Assembly: GCA_039801565.1 (NCBI GenBank)
Contig: JBDRUX010000002.1
Location: forward strand, 332 to 64,331
Direction: 5' to 3'
DNA from: a candidate division WOR-3 bacterium
GTDB taxonomy: Bacteria; Hydrothermota; Tepidihabitantia; Tepidihabitantales; JAOUPE01
DNA length: 64,000 nucleotides
This document shows positions 49,854 through 60,310 of this stretch, one piece after another; the stretch's first letter is position 1; each line of letters begins with the position of its first letter. Under the pieces are notes generated by a model. That model did not search any database. It saw only the letters and a program-made list of their open reading frames with translations, and had not been told where the DNA came from. Both the position numbers and the translations under genes were made by a program.

Positions 49854-51212
49854 TTAGTTTTTAATTAATTTTCCTTTGAATTCATAATTCTTGGTTGTCA
49901 ATCGGTAGAAGTAGATTCCGCTTGAAGCATCTGACCAATTCAGAGAATATTCTTTATCGCCACTGCTGATTAGAAATTCTCGTGTCAGTTTGCCGGAAGC
50001 GTCGTAAATTTTTAGTCGTGCTACGGTCTTCAATACCTCAGAGAAGCTAATTAATATTTGGTTACGGGATTTCTGGGTAACTCGAACCGGTTTCGGTAAA
50101 AGTTGGGAAGCCGTAGTTTGACCACCTTCAGATTCAGTAACTGGTGGTTCATAAAATCCGACCGCGAAATGATATGCTCCAAAAGTTGCCCAAATTCCTC
50201 TTTTTGGTCCCCAGGACTATCCCAATAACCAAATGCCAAATCAGCTCCTCGACCAACTCCATAATTTGGGTCGGGTGGGTCAAAATCGTCATTCCACAGA
50301 TCGGCGCTTGGGTGATACTGGTGGAAATCATTTCGTGGCCAATTATTACTACTTACACCTTCGAAAGCATAAAGCCTGTCGGAATTCGATGGTACTTTTT
50401 CTGACCCTAAAATTCCATCGCCAGCCAGTGAACCACCAGAACGGACATAGCCTGGCACTACATGTTTTTGTGTCCAATTATTTCGCGCTATATCATAAAC
50501 GTAAAATAATCGTGATTCTCCACCTCTTAAGGCAAAAATCTGATTCCCATTATAAGCATCAGGCCAAAATGCCAGGTCGGCCCCATAACCATGAACAAAA
50601 TCAACTAACTTTTCCCAATGGCTTTTTACAGGATTTCCTCTCGGACCCGCTGGTTTTAGCAGTCGGCGATAGACCCAAAAGCCATCATTTCTTTCAGCAT
50701 CAGAAGCCCACCCGCCTAAGTAGTATAAGTTAATATAGGTCCCATCGGTGTTACCGGTTTTGAGACTTAAGCCATGACCTTTATTACGGTTATGAGGAAC
50801 CGTATCCAAAATTGTCCAAGTATTAGTAGGTATGTCGTATTCATAGATATGACCAGTTCTTTGGTGGTCACCGCTTATGTCATAGGGAATAGCAAATACC
50901 TTGTATTCCTGAGGGATTGAGTTTTGATTATGCCAAGCACAAATTGCCGAACCCCATTCGGGAATATCGGACAACGGCTCTAAGGTTTGCCATTCGTTAT
51001 TAGCTTGGTTATAAGCTCGGAATACAGTATTTTCTTCATGTCGAAATAAGACATAAAGACAACCTCGGTCGTTTGCACTCCTTATCCCGAAAGTCATCGC
51101 GGTGGATTCGTCTTGGGGATATGGATGGGTATTAGTTGGATAATACCATACACCTTGCTGACTAAAGACCAAAATTGGAAAAAGCAATAATATATATATA
51201 TATATATCGCAT
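49854..51212 (-). pseudogene. Kelch-like β-propeller T9SS cargo gene disrupted at two simple-sequence tracts (candidate phase-variable or decaying gene)
   Basis: Best-supported ATG (51210-51212, SD gaagggagggg) is out of frame with the body because of the (TA)8.5 tract at 51191-51207. The body frame (ORF 50051..51187) then stops. An intact T9SS CTD (…LKIYDASGKLTREFL…GIYFYRLTTKNYEFKGKLIKN*) lies at 49854-~50200 in the -1 frame, and the switch point is the A5/T5 run at 50201-50205. Confidence 0.65.
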
Positions 51213-51592
51213 AGCCCCTCCCTTCGTTATTGTTTTGATTGGCATTTGTAATGCCTTAATAAAGATACCAGACGCCATTGGTCTTATATAAAGTATAAGA
51301 CAATTTGTATTTGTGTCAAGGAAAATTTTTGAAGCACTCGGATTTGTAAGCAAGGGTATAATGTATTAGACTAACCTTAAATTACTCAAGGGTGTAAAAC
51401 CTTTGACAATGCCTGAGTTATTTATTTATAAATCAGAGGAGCTGTGTGATTAGTGCGAGCAAAAATTTTTTCTATTCAAGGTTTTGATAACGGAAAGCGT
51501 ATTATCGTCCTACCTCTTGGGCGTCAAAAAAGTTTGATATAAAATTTATTCACTTTATAAAAAATTTTATTAGTTAAACGATTTGTTTAAAA

Positions 51593-53074
51593 TTACAACC
51601 CTGCGATTTCGGCAAAATGAAGTCGGTAGATGGCAAAGCGTAAGGCTAAAGGAAATAACCTTGGCTTTTTGAATAACGACCAAAAAATCAAATTCCAAAA
51701 ATGGAACCGATCTGGCTTAATTAAGCCAATAATTAGAAATGATTTAACCAGAGCTTTAATATAGTAGAAACGGAAACCGGTGGGTTTTCGTTTTGGTGGC
51801 TTATAATTTTTAAAAAACTCTTTCACCCTGGGATAATAACTTTTAGCTGAATAGAGTAGTTCCAAGACACCTTTATAACCTTGAATTAAAGGCTCACTTC
51901 CCATCTTAGGAATGATATTAGTCGCAAACGCAGTGTTGTTACCACCGATATCTTCATTCTCTACCAATCTGCCCTCCTGTTTCAGTCGTTCGTAAAGTTT
52001 TGAACCGCGTGGAGCATTGAGCAAACCAACCATTGCAGTTACAATGCCGCTTTTTTGAATGAATTTCACCAGACGTAAAAATATTGATGCGTCATCGTTG
52101 TCAAAACCAAGGATGAATCCACTATCCACGACAAAACCAAAACATTGCAGTTTCTTTGCTGCCTGCAACAAGTCACGACCTTTATTGGGTATTTTATTAC
52201 ACTCGGCAAGACTTTTTTCGTTTGGAGTTTCAATTCCAACAAAGAGGACATCAAAACCAGCTTGAATCAACATCCGCATCAATTCTTCGTCATCAGCCAA
52301 ATTGATTGAGACCTCGGCGGAAAAAGAGAACGGATAATTATGTGCCTTCATCCATTCGGTTATTGCCGGTAGGATTTCCATTTTTAGTCCTTGCTTATTG
52401 CTAATGAAATTGTCATCGGCTAATGTCACGCCACCTTTCCAACCCGCTCGATAAAGAGAATTGAGTTCGCCAATGATTCGCTCTTTGCTCTTCATCCGAT
52501 GCTTACGACCAAAAAGCGTAACAATATCACAGAACTCACAGTCATAAGGACAACCGCGCGATAGCTGAATTATCATTGTTGAATATTTTTTCATATCAAT
52601 CAAGTTCCATAATGGGTAGGGTGTATTATTCAAATCCGGTTTTTGAGTAGTCGTGTAAATGTGCTTTGGTGTGCCGTTGGCTAAATCGGCAAGAAACTCA
52701 GGTAAAGTTATTTCGGCTTCGTTAAGAACCAGATAGTCAATCTCAGTAAAGTTTTCCGGCTCCGAGGTGAAAAGTGGTCCGCCGGCAACTATCTTTTTAC
52801 CGAGTTTTTTGCATCGTTCGACAACTTGTTTGACCCCTTGGCGTTGGACAACCATTGCGCTAATAAAGACATAATCCGCCCATTCCAAATCCGAATCTTT
52901 TAATTGGGTTACATTCATATCAATTAAGCGTTTTTCCCAATCTTTGGGTAACATTGCCGCAACCGTTAATAAACCCAACGGCGGCATCGTTGCTTTTTTT
53001 GAGATAAATTTAAGTGCCCGGCGGAAACTCCAAAAAGTATCCGGACAAAATGGATAAACCAAAAGTATTTTCAT
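51593..53074 (-). CDS. B12-binding domain radical SAM protein (DUF4070-type C-terminus)
   Basis: N-terminal B12-binding Rossmann-like domain; CPYDCEFC (CxxxCxxC) radical-SAM cluster motif. Confidence 0.75.
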   Translation of the reverse strand: MKILLVYPFCPDTFWSFRRALKFISKKATMPPLGLLTVAAMLPKDWEKRLIDMNVTQLKDSDLEWADYVFISAMVVQRQGVKQVVERCKKLGKKIVAGGPLFTSEPENFTEIDYLVLNEAEITLPEFLADLANGTPKHIYTTTQKPDLNNTPYPLWNLIDMKKYSTMIIQLSRGCPYDCEFCDIVTLFGRKHRMKSKERIIGELNSLYRAGWKGGVTLADDNFISNKQGLKMEILPAITEWMKAHNYPFSFSAEVSINLADDEELMRMLIQAGFDVLFVGIETPNEKSLAECNKIPNKGRDLLQAAKKLQCFGFVVDSGFILGFDNDDASIFLRLVKFIQKSGIVTAMVGLLNAPRGSKLYERLKQEGRLVENEDIGGNNTAFATNIIPKMGSEPLIQGYKGVLELLYSAKSYYPRVKEFFKNYKPPKRKPTGFRFYYIKALVKSFLIIGLIKPDRFHFWNLIFWSLFKKPRLFPLALRFAIYRLHFAEIAGL

Positions 53075-53124
53075 TATTAATTATACTACCTTATGTTTAA
53101 TAAGTCAATGAAACAACCCAAGAG

Positions 53125-54612
53125 TTAAGGAAAGATGCGCTTCCCCGCTTTATAGACCTCAAGGATTTGAAAATCTAAGGTCTCGAAAGGGTCAGCCGAT
53201 AAAACCAAGAAATCAGCCAAAAAATTAGGTTTTAACACCCCAATCTCATTTTCCTTAAAGATAGCATAAGCACCATTTTTGGTGAATAGCTGGAAGGCTT
53301 CCCGATGGGTTAGCCGGTGCTCTAAATTTGGGTGATTTACTGCTGATTTGATACCAAGCACTGGGTCAAGCGGCGTAATTGGCGAATCCGAGCCACCACA
53401 AAGGGTTATTCTGGTATCAATTAACTTCCGATAGGGGTTAGTAAGTTTGTAGCGTTCACCCAAGCGCTCCGCATACATTTTGTCCGAACCGCCCCAGTAA
53501 TATTCAAATGCTGGCTGAACCGAAAGGATAATGCCAAGTTTAGCTATTCGTTCAATCAGATTATCATTTAGGAGTTCGGCATGCTCAATCCGATGACGCA
53601 ATAAATTTTCTTGGAGAAATTTCTCATAGCAACTGACCACTTGGTCAATCGCGCGGTCGCCAATCGCATGTACTGCAATCTGAAGTCCGGCTGCGGAAGC
53701 CTCTTGGAAAAAATTGAGCAATTCTTCATCCTGAAAATAGAGAATTCCTTTATTGCCCGGCTCGTCTTCATAATCTTCGGTCAGTGCTGCAGTGCGAGAA
53801 CCAAATGAACCGTCAATCAAAATACAACCGCCAATTCGAGTAAGTCCGAGCGCTTTGACTCGTTCGACATCTTGCGTTTGGTAAAAAGGAACCACTTCGA
53901 TTGGTAATTTATCCTTTACTTTAAGCAATAACTGGAAAGAGTCATCGTCCGGTGCATCTGAACCAATCATTGCGACGATTGTCGTTATACCTTTGACAAT
54001 GGCTTGTTTGCAGGCTAAAGATATCGCTTCAATTTTAATATCCGGATTTAAGAATTGCCGAAATTTTTTGGCCGCTATTTCAAATGCCTTGCCACGAACC
54101 ACACCGCTGGGAATTTTGTAATGGTCAAGTTCGACTCCCACTTCTAAACCACTACCAAAAACGAACTCCAATCCTTTGGTATTAAGAACCGCTGAGTGAC
54201 CATCAATTCGATACAAAATTACTGGAATATCCTTGATGACTTTATCCAATTCAATTCGAGTCGGAAAACGCTTTTCCTTTAAATTTTCCGGTTCAAGATT
54301 ATAACCAATAAGAAATTTAAGCCCTTTATTTTTGCTTCGACCAGTGAGTAATAAATCGAATACTTCTTCTAAGGATTGGGCAGTAGAAAAATTTGGCAGT
54401 AGGAACTGCAAACCAGTACCAAGTATATGGACATGAGAGTCAATGAAACCAGGAATAATGAATTTGTCTTCAAAATCTATTTTGGGCTCATCAGGGATTG
54501 AAATAGATTCGTCAGTGACTTTTAAAATCTTTGTGTCTTTGACCAAAAGATTCCTAAATACCCCATTTTCTTCATCAAAAGTATAAATTCTTTTGGCCGA
54601 AAAGATTGGCAT
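53125..54612 (-). CDS. Amidohydrolase-family metal-dependent hydrolase
   Basis: GFIDSHVHILGTG (HxH) start of TIM-barrel amidohydrolase; 495 aa. Confidence 0.65.
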   Translation of the reverse strand: MPIFSAKRIYTFDEENGVFRNLLVKDTKILKVTDESISIPDEPKIDFEDKFIIPGFIDSHVHILGTGLQFLLPNFSTAQSLEEVFDLLLTGRSKNKGLKFLIGYNLEPENLKEKRFPTRIELDKVIKDIPVILYRIDGHSAVLNTKGLEFVFGSGLEVGVELDHYKIPSGVVRGKAFEIAAKKFRQFLNPDIKIEAISLACKQAIVKGITTIVAMIGSDAPDDDSFQLLLKVKDKLPIEVVPFYQTQDVERVKALGLTRIGGCILIDGSFGSRTAALTEDYEDEPGNKGILYFQDEELLNFFQEASAAGLQIAVHAIGDRAIDQVVSCYEKFLQENLLRHRIEHAELLNDNLIERIAKLGIILSVQPAFEYYWGGSDKMYAERLGERYKLTNPYRKLIDTRITLCGGSDSPITPLDPVLGIKSAVNHPNLEHRLTHREAFQLFTKNGAYAIFKENEIGVLKPNFLADFLVLSADPFETLDFQILEVYKAGKRIFP

Positions 54613-54613
54613 A

Positions 54614-55927
54614 TTACAACTTAGGTACGATTTTGGCTACTGCTTCGATATGATATGTTTGGGGAAATAAATCAACCAATTCGATTGCCGAGACTTCGTA
54701 GCCTATATGGTCAAAAATTGCTAAATCGCGGGCTAAGGTTGTCGGATTACAACTGATATAGATTATCTTTTTGGGTCTTAATCCAGCGATTCCTTCAATC
54801 AATTCTTTACCACAGCCTTTGCGCGGCGGGTCAAGGATAACCGCATCAACCTGTTGGAAGTTTTTTATTCCTTGCTCAGCTGGAGCGGCAATAAATTCAA
54901 CATTATTGATTGTGTTTATCCTCAAACTCTCATTAGCATCAAGCACTGCGATTCGATTAATCTCAATACCCGTGACCTTATCAACAAAATCCGCCAGCGG
55001 AATTGTAAAGGTTCCGACTCCGGCAAATAAGTCTAAGACTCGCTCTTGGCCAGTCGGAGCTAATAATTTGATTACTTGCTTCACCAATGTTTCAGTTTGG
55101 GCGGTATTGACTTGAAAGAAAGAACCCGCCGAAATGCGGAATCGTTTATTTAAGACCGTTTCAAAATAATAATCCTGACCGATTAGTTTCTTATATTCAT
55201 CACCCAAAATTCGATTAGTTTTAACTGGATTGCGATTCTGGACAACGCCGACAATGCCGTCAAAACTTTTGGGTAATTCTTCGTAGACTCCTCGGGCAAG
55301 ACTGGCTTCTTGCGTCACGATTATGACAAGATATTGATTGGTATTAAATCCTTTTCGGATTATAATGTGCCGGATATTGCCCGAATGTTTAATCTCATCA
55401 TAAACTGTTTCACCGGCTTTTTTAATTGAGTTCTTTAAAAAACTTTTGATTTCATCAAAAGTAGTGGGATGGAGCAGACATTTTTCAATATCAATCACTT
55501 GATGAGTCTGACGCTTGAAGAAACCAATTTTATGAGGCGGTGCTAATGGATATTGGGTCTTATTACGATAATGCCATTCCGAAGGCGCAGGTAATGGATT
55601 CTTCGCAGGAAAAAACACCTTGCCAATTCTTTGTAGAGTTTCATTAGCAATAAGTTTCTTGACAACAAGTTGGTAATCATACTTGAGATGTTGGAGTTGG
55701 CATCCACCGCAAGATAGGAAATGGGGACAAAGGGGCGTAACCCGGAAGGGGGAGGGTTCGATGATTTCTTTGATTTGCCCAATGTAGTAGTTTTTCTTTT
55801 TCTTTTTTATTGCGATTAAAACCCGGTCTTGCGGAACTGAATACGGAACAAAAACCTTGACACCATTATAGTTGCCAATGCCATCGCCACCGTAAACAAT
55901 TTTATCAATCACAAGTTCAATTAACAT
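54614..55927 (-). CDS. rlmD: 23S rRNA (uracil-5-)-methyltransferase RlmD/RumA family
   Basis: TRAM N-terminus, [4Fe-4S] Cys cluster CPHFLSCGGCQLQH, class I SAM-methyltransferase C-terminus. Confidence 0.8.
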   Translation of the reverse strand: MLIELVIDKIVYGGDGIGNYNGVKVFVPYSVPQDRVLIAIKKKKKNYYIGQIKEIIEPSPFRVTPLCPHFLSCGGCQLQHLKYDYQLVVKKLIANETLQRIGKVFFPAKNPLPAPSEWHYRNKTQYPLAPPHKIGFFKRQTHQVIDIEKCLLHPTTFDEIKSFLKNSIKKAGETVYDEIKHSGNIRHIIIRKGFNTNQYLVIIVTQEASLARGVYEELPKSFDGIVGVVQNRNPVKTNRILGDEYKKLIGQDYYFETVLNKRFRISAGSFFQVNTAQTETLVKQVIKLLAPTGQERVLDLFAGVGTFTIPLADFVDKVTGIEINRIAVLDANESLRINTINNVEFIAAPAEQGIKNFQQVDAVILDPPRKGCGKELIEGIAGLRPKKIIYISCNPTTLARDLAIFDHIGYEVSAIELVDLFPQTYHIEAVAKIVPKL

Positions 55928-55940
55928 TTAAGGTTCATTT

Positions 55941-56483
55941 TTACCAAGAAGTGATGGTTCGACGAACAATTTCTGAGGCAAGTTTCGCAATGGCCTTTTC
56001 GATTCCTTTTTCTTCGGTTCCGTTTTTAGGGTCATTAGGGTTATAAGTTATCCAGGCGGAAACCGATTCTTCCCAGATTGTTTCCGATTTAACCCTATCT
56101 TCGCATTTACAAAAGGCGTCAATCGTGATTTGATAAGCATAGACGTTCTGTTGGGCATCATAAGCTTGGGGGGTTCTATTATAACCGGTAATTCGGCACT
56201 CCAAAACGACATTGGCATTCTCAAGATTGGTTACACGTAGGTGACGGTCTTTGGTGAAGGCACTAACCAATGAGTCGGTCAAAGCCTCACCCAAGCCGGG
56301 TCGGATTGTTTGATTTTCAACTAAGGGAATCGCTATTGTCTTGAGATGAGGTGCAAGTAGGGCTTGGGTCGAATATCCGCAACAACCAAGAAAGAATAAA
56401 ATTAAGCAGGAAATTATGCCAAATGACCAAAACTTATTAAACCAAAATAGGTGCTGGATTAAATATCTGCCTAATTTAATCAT
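55941..56483 (-). CDS. Lipoprotein, putative LptE-like
   Basis: Signal peptide + lipobox (LGCCG); 180 aa; weak resemblance only. Confidence 0.35.
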   Translation of the reverse strand: MIKLGRYLIQHLFWFNKFWSFGIISCLILFFLGCCGYSTQALLAPHLKTIAIPLVENQTIRPGLGEALTDSLVSAFTKDRHLRVTNLENANVVLECRITGYNRTPQAYDAQQNVYAYQITIDAFCKCEDRVKSETIWEESVSAWITYNPNDPKNGTEEKGIEKAIAKLASEIVRRTITSW

Positions 56484-56577
56484 CTATTAAATAGTCTATA
56501 AAAATTGTTACTCTGTCAAGGTTATCTAAAATCTTCCTGATTCTTGACACTTGCTTTATTTTCTTTAGAATACGATT

Positions 56578-57243
56578 GTGATTGAGTTTATTGGTGTCAC
56601 AAAAACTTACGGCAATAATTGGACAGCGCTAAACCAAATTAATCTTAAGATTGAGAAGGGTGAATTTGTCTTTGTAACTGGACCGACCGGAGCAGGAAAG
56701 ACGACGCTGCTTCGTTTAATTTACCGAGAAGAATTACCAACCGTTGGAGTAGTTAATGTTTTAGGATATAATGTCGCATCATTAAGACCAAATGATATAC
56801 CGAATCTAAGAAGACAGATTGGAATAGTTTTTCAAGATTTTAAACTGCTCAATGAAAGAACCGTCTATGAAAATCTTGAATTTGCCTTAAGGGTTATCGG
56901 TACACCAAGAGCGGTTATTAAGAAAAAAATTGCCGATACCCTTGACCGCTTAGCTATTTGGCATAAGAAAGACCACTATCCGTTTGAACTTTCGGGCGGC
57001 GAACAGCAGAAGGTATCATTGGCTCGGGCATTGGTCAAAGACCCGACAATTCTTTTAGCCGATGAACCGACCGGTAATATTGATCCGGAAGGCGCTGCGG
57101 AGATTTTAACTATATTTAAAGAATTAAATTATCAAGGAACAACTGTGGTTATGGCAACGCATAATACCGAATTGGCTCAAAACAGTCGAAAACGGCGCAT
57201 TGCCTTAGAGAAAGGGAAGATTTTTTTCGATGGCGTCGGTTGA
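56578..57243 (+). CDS. ftsE: Cell-division ABC transporter ATP-binding protein FtsE
   Basis: Walker A GPTGAGKTT, LSGGEQQ signature, 221 aa; followed by ftsX. Confidence 0.9.
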   Translation: MIEFIGVTKTYGNNWTALNQINLKIEKGEFVFVTGPTGAGKTTLLRLIYREELPTVGVVNVLGYNVASLRPNDIPNLRRQIGIVFQDFKLLNERTVYENLEFALRVIGTPRAVIKKKIADTLDRLAIWHKKDHYPFELSGGEQQKVSLARALVKDPTILLADEPTGNIDPEGAAEILTIFKELNYQGTTVVMATHNTELAQNSRKRRIALEKGKIFFDGVG

Positions 57244-58084
57244 TTTTACCCTACAAGAATCGGCACGAAATTTGGCACGCAATCGCGGTACATTTTTCTT
57301 AGCAACAATTGTTCAAGCAATCTGCTTATTGCTCTTTTCAATATTTCTTTTAATAACCCTAAATCTATTCAAGGCAGTGACAATTGCTCAGAAGCGCATC
57401 GAAGTCTATGCCTTTCTTGACGACCGAGCCGATAAACAGAAACTTATTGAAAACATCAAATTATTACGCGGTGTAGCCGACGTCCGTTATGTATCAAAAG
57501 AAGAAGCTTTAGTCGAATTAAGGGATGATTTAGGAGAAAGCGCCGGCTTAGTTGATGTCTTAGAGACTAATCCCTTGCCAGCGTCGCTTCGCATCCAACT
57601 GGAGAGTGGCAGTAAAACGTTAAACAATTTAAATAAGATTGAAGAGAAAATTTCGGTAATGCCCGGAGTGAGAGAAGTTTGGTCAGGTAAAGAGATTTTG
57701 CAACGGTTAGATAAAATCTTGCGTTTAGTGGTTGGATTGGATATTGCGCTTTTAATCATTATTAGCCTCTCTATAATCTTCATCTCATTCCAGACCATTG
57801 AAGCAACCATCCTTTTGCGGAGTCGTGAGATTGAAATTATGCGGCTGGTTGGTGCAACCGAAAGAACGGTGCGTGGGCCATTTCAAATCGAGGGCGTCGC
57901 CCAAGGATTAATCGGTGGCATTATCGCTTCAATTTTGGTTTCGGTATTTTATTACTTTTTGCAAGGTCAATTACCTTTACCAAATTTTCCCTATTTAGTT
58001 GTCTTTGGTGTTAATATCCTGTTTGGTTGTCTTTTAGGCTTAATTGGCTCAGAACTTGCTTTAAATAAAACAAAGGTTCGCTGA
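57230..58084 (+). CDS. ftsX: Cell-division permease FtsX
   Basis: 4-TM FtsX-like permease with periplasmic loop; follows ftsE. Confidence 0.85.
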   Translation: MASVDFTLQESARNLARNRGTFFLATIVQAICLLLFSIFLLITLNLFKAVTIAQKRIEVYAFLDDRADKQKLIENIKLLRGVADVRYVSKEEALVELRDDLGESAGLVDVLETNPLPASLRIQLESGSKTLNNLNKIEEKISVMPGVREVWSGKEILQRLDKILRLVVGLDIALLIIISLSIIFISFQTIEATILLRSREIEIMRLVGATERTVRGPFQIEGVAQGLIGGIIASILVSVFYYFLQGQLPLPNFPYLVVFGVNILFGCLLGLIGSELALNKTKVR

Positions 58085-58092
58085 AAATTTAT

Positions 58093-59229
58093 ATGTTGAA
58101 AGCCAGAAGGGAAAAGTTATTTCTGAGTTTCTTGTTATGTTTAGTTTTGCCGATTTTTGCTCAAGATGAGATTGATGCGTCCAGACAAGAGTTAGAAAAG
58201 ACTCGTGAGAAATTGCGGGAGGTTCAAGAATACTTGAAAAATTTGGAAGAGGAAGAACGAAGTGTGTTAGCCCGAATTGAAGGGTTTGAACAAAAAATCT
58301 ATTTAACCCAAAAGTTGATTCAAGAATTGAAGAAAGTGCAAACATTGACCGAACAGGAAATTAATAGCATTAAACTTTCGATTCGTAATACCGAAGCAAA
58401 AATTGAAAAACGGACTAAAGATTTAGCGGCACGATTGGTCACCATCTACAAATATGGTCGGCTTTTTCCATTAGAGGTGTTGCTTTCAGCACGTTCAATG
58501 CCCGATGTCTATAAAAGGATGGTTTATCTAAGAATTATTGCCCAAGACGACCAAACCGCAATGCAAGAATTGAATATCTTGAAAGAAAATTTAGAAGTCC
58601 AGAAGAAAAATTTAAGTAAGAAATTAGCCGAGTTGACTCAACTTCGAGCCGAACGGGAAAAAGAGAGGTTATCGTTAAAAAAGTCACTCGATTTAGAAAC
58701 GAAGTTGTTGAAAAAAGTCCGCACCACCAAAGAAGAGAAGCGAACGATGGAGTTGGAATTACAAGAAGCAGCCGCCAAATTAGAAAAATTGATTGCAGAG
58801 TTGGAACGAAAACGACGGGAAAGGAAATTGGCAATTGGTACTCATCCTTTAGAAATTAACAAAGGCCGATTGCCTTGGCCTTATCGGGGGAATGTCGTCG
58901 CTAATTTTGGTAGCCAGGTTCATCCTAAATATAAAACCAAAACTCGCAATACCGGAATTGATATCGAATGTCCAAGAGGCAGTGTTATCTCAGCAATTGG
59001 TGCCGGTCGGATAGTTTATGCTGACCGATTTATGGGTTATGGCAATTTAGTAATTATTGACCACGGTGACGGTTATTATTCGCTTTACTCGAACCTTTCT
59101 GAAATGTTTGTCAGTGTTGGAATGAATGTTGAACCTGGCCAACGTATTGGTAAGGTCGAAACAAATCTCCATTTTGAATTGCGAAAAGAAGGGCAACCGG
59201 TTGACCCATTAGAATGGCTCGCTAAATAA
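58093..59229 (+). CDS. envC: Coiled-coil + M23/LytM-domain protein (EnvC-like murein hydrolase activator)
   Basis: Long N-terminal coiled coil; C-terminal M23 domain (IDHGDGYYSLYSNL). The second metal motif reads HFE rather than HxH, so it is possibly non-catalytic like EnvC. Confidence 0.7.
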   Translation: MLKARREKLFLSFLLCLVLPIFAQDEIDASRQELEKTREKLREVQEYLKNLEEEERSVLARIEGFEQKIYLTQKLIQELKKVQTLTEQEINSIKLSIRNTEAKIEKRTKDLAARLVTIYKYGRLFPLEVLLSARSMPDVYKRMVYLRIIAQDDQTAMQELNILKENLEVQKKNLSKKLAELTQLRAEREKERLSLKKSLDLETKLLKKVRTTKEEKRTMELELQEAAAKLEKLIAELERKRRERKLAIGTHPLEINKGRLPWPYRGNVVANFGSQVHPKYKTKTRNTGIDIECPRGSVISAIGAGRIVYADRFMGYGNLVIIDHGDGYYSLYSNLSEMFVSVGMNVEPGQRIGKVETNLHFELRKEGQPVDPLEWLAK

Positions 59230-59233
59230 CCAA

Positions 59234-60307
59234 ATGGGTTTTTCGGCAATTGTGAATCAGGATTCAGCCAAGGCTCAACTCATTGCCGATTTAAAGGCGC
59301 GACACTTTCCGGCCTATTTATTCGTCGGTCCAAGGGGCGTCGGCAAAAGAACGACCGCCTTGACTCTAACCAAGGCGTTATGTTGTGAAAACCGAGCTTT
59401 CGATTCTTGTGATGAATGCCGACGCTGTAAGGCAATTGAGAATCTCAATTATCCGGATCTGAGAGTTATTTTTCCAGTTGCGCCGGGTTCTGGGGAAGAA
59501 GAAAATGGAGAAGGGGCAAGGATTGCGGAATTACAAAAAGAGTATGCCTACGACAAGATTCGACCAGAAACACCTAACAATGGGACAATTTCGATTGGGC
59601 GAATCCGAGAATTGAAATATGAAATGGGATTGCCGCCTTACGGTGGAAAAAGGCGTGTGGTGATAATCTTAGATGCCGACCGATTGACTAACGAAGCAGC
59701 CAATTCTTTCTTAAAGACTTTAGAAGAACCGCAAGCCCAGACGAGTTTTATTTTAATCACCGAGCGAAGCTCCGCCCTGCCCGCAACAATTCGTTCTCGT
59801 TGTCAAATCGTCCGATTTTTTAGTATCCCGGCACAAACGATTGCCCATTTCCTCAAAACCCGGTACAAAATTCCAGAAAGTTTGGCAACAATCGCGGCAG
59901 AAGTGGCAGAAGGGAGTGTCCGACGCGCCTTGGAGTATTTGAAAGACCCAGAACAATTTCTACCGGAGGCGATAAAAGACTGGTTTAGACAGCCTGAGCG
60001 AACTAAATTGAATCTTGCCCAAATCAGTCTAACCCTGAAAGAATTACCGGTTAACCAGTTAATAAATGCACTAATCTTTATTTACCGCCAAGCCATTTTT
60101 GCTAAACTTGGTATTAAGACCCATTATACAGAAATCTGCCAAAAACTGGTTGACCCATTTGGTAAAATTGATTTATCAATAATGTTAGCAAAAATCGAAT
60201 ACTTATTAAAAGCATTAGCTGACGCCGAACTCTATTTAAATAAACGGCTATTTATTCACTCCGTTCTCGTTAAATCTTTGGCTGAAGAAAAGAAAACAAT
60301 TTGTTAA
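59234..60307 (+). CDS. holB: DNA polymerase III subunit delta'
   Basis: P-loop-like GPRGVGKRT, zinc module CxxC…CxxC, AAA+ clamp-loader fold. Confidence 0.85.
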   Translation: MGFSAIVNQDSAKAQLIADLKARHFPAYLFVGPRGVGKRTTALTLTKALCCENRAFDSCDECRRCKAIENLNYPDLRVIFPVAPGSGEEENGEGARIAELQKEYAYDKIRPETPNNGTISIGRIRELKYEMGLPPYGGKRRVVIILDADRLTNEAANSFLKTLEEPQAQTSFILITERSSALPATIRSRCQIVRFFSIPAQTIAHFLKTRYKIPESLATIAAEVAEGSVRRALEYLKDPEQFLPEAIKDWFRQPERTKLNLAQISLTLKELPVNQLINALIFIYRQAIFAKLGIKTHYTEICQKLVDPFGKIDLSIMLAKIEYLLKALADAELYLNKRLFIHSVLVKSLAEEKKTIC

Positions 60308-60310
60308 GGA

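Noticed and set aside
51162-51353. ORF 51162..51353(-), 63 aa, ending …MRYIYIYIIAFSNFGL
   Set aside because: Its only meaningful part is the ATG/(TA)n segment, which belongs to the out-of-frame start of the disrupted T9SS gene. The upstream 45 codons read through a promoter-like AT-rich region.
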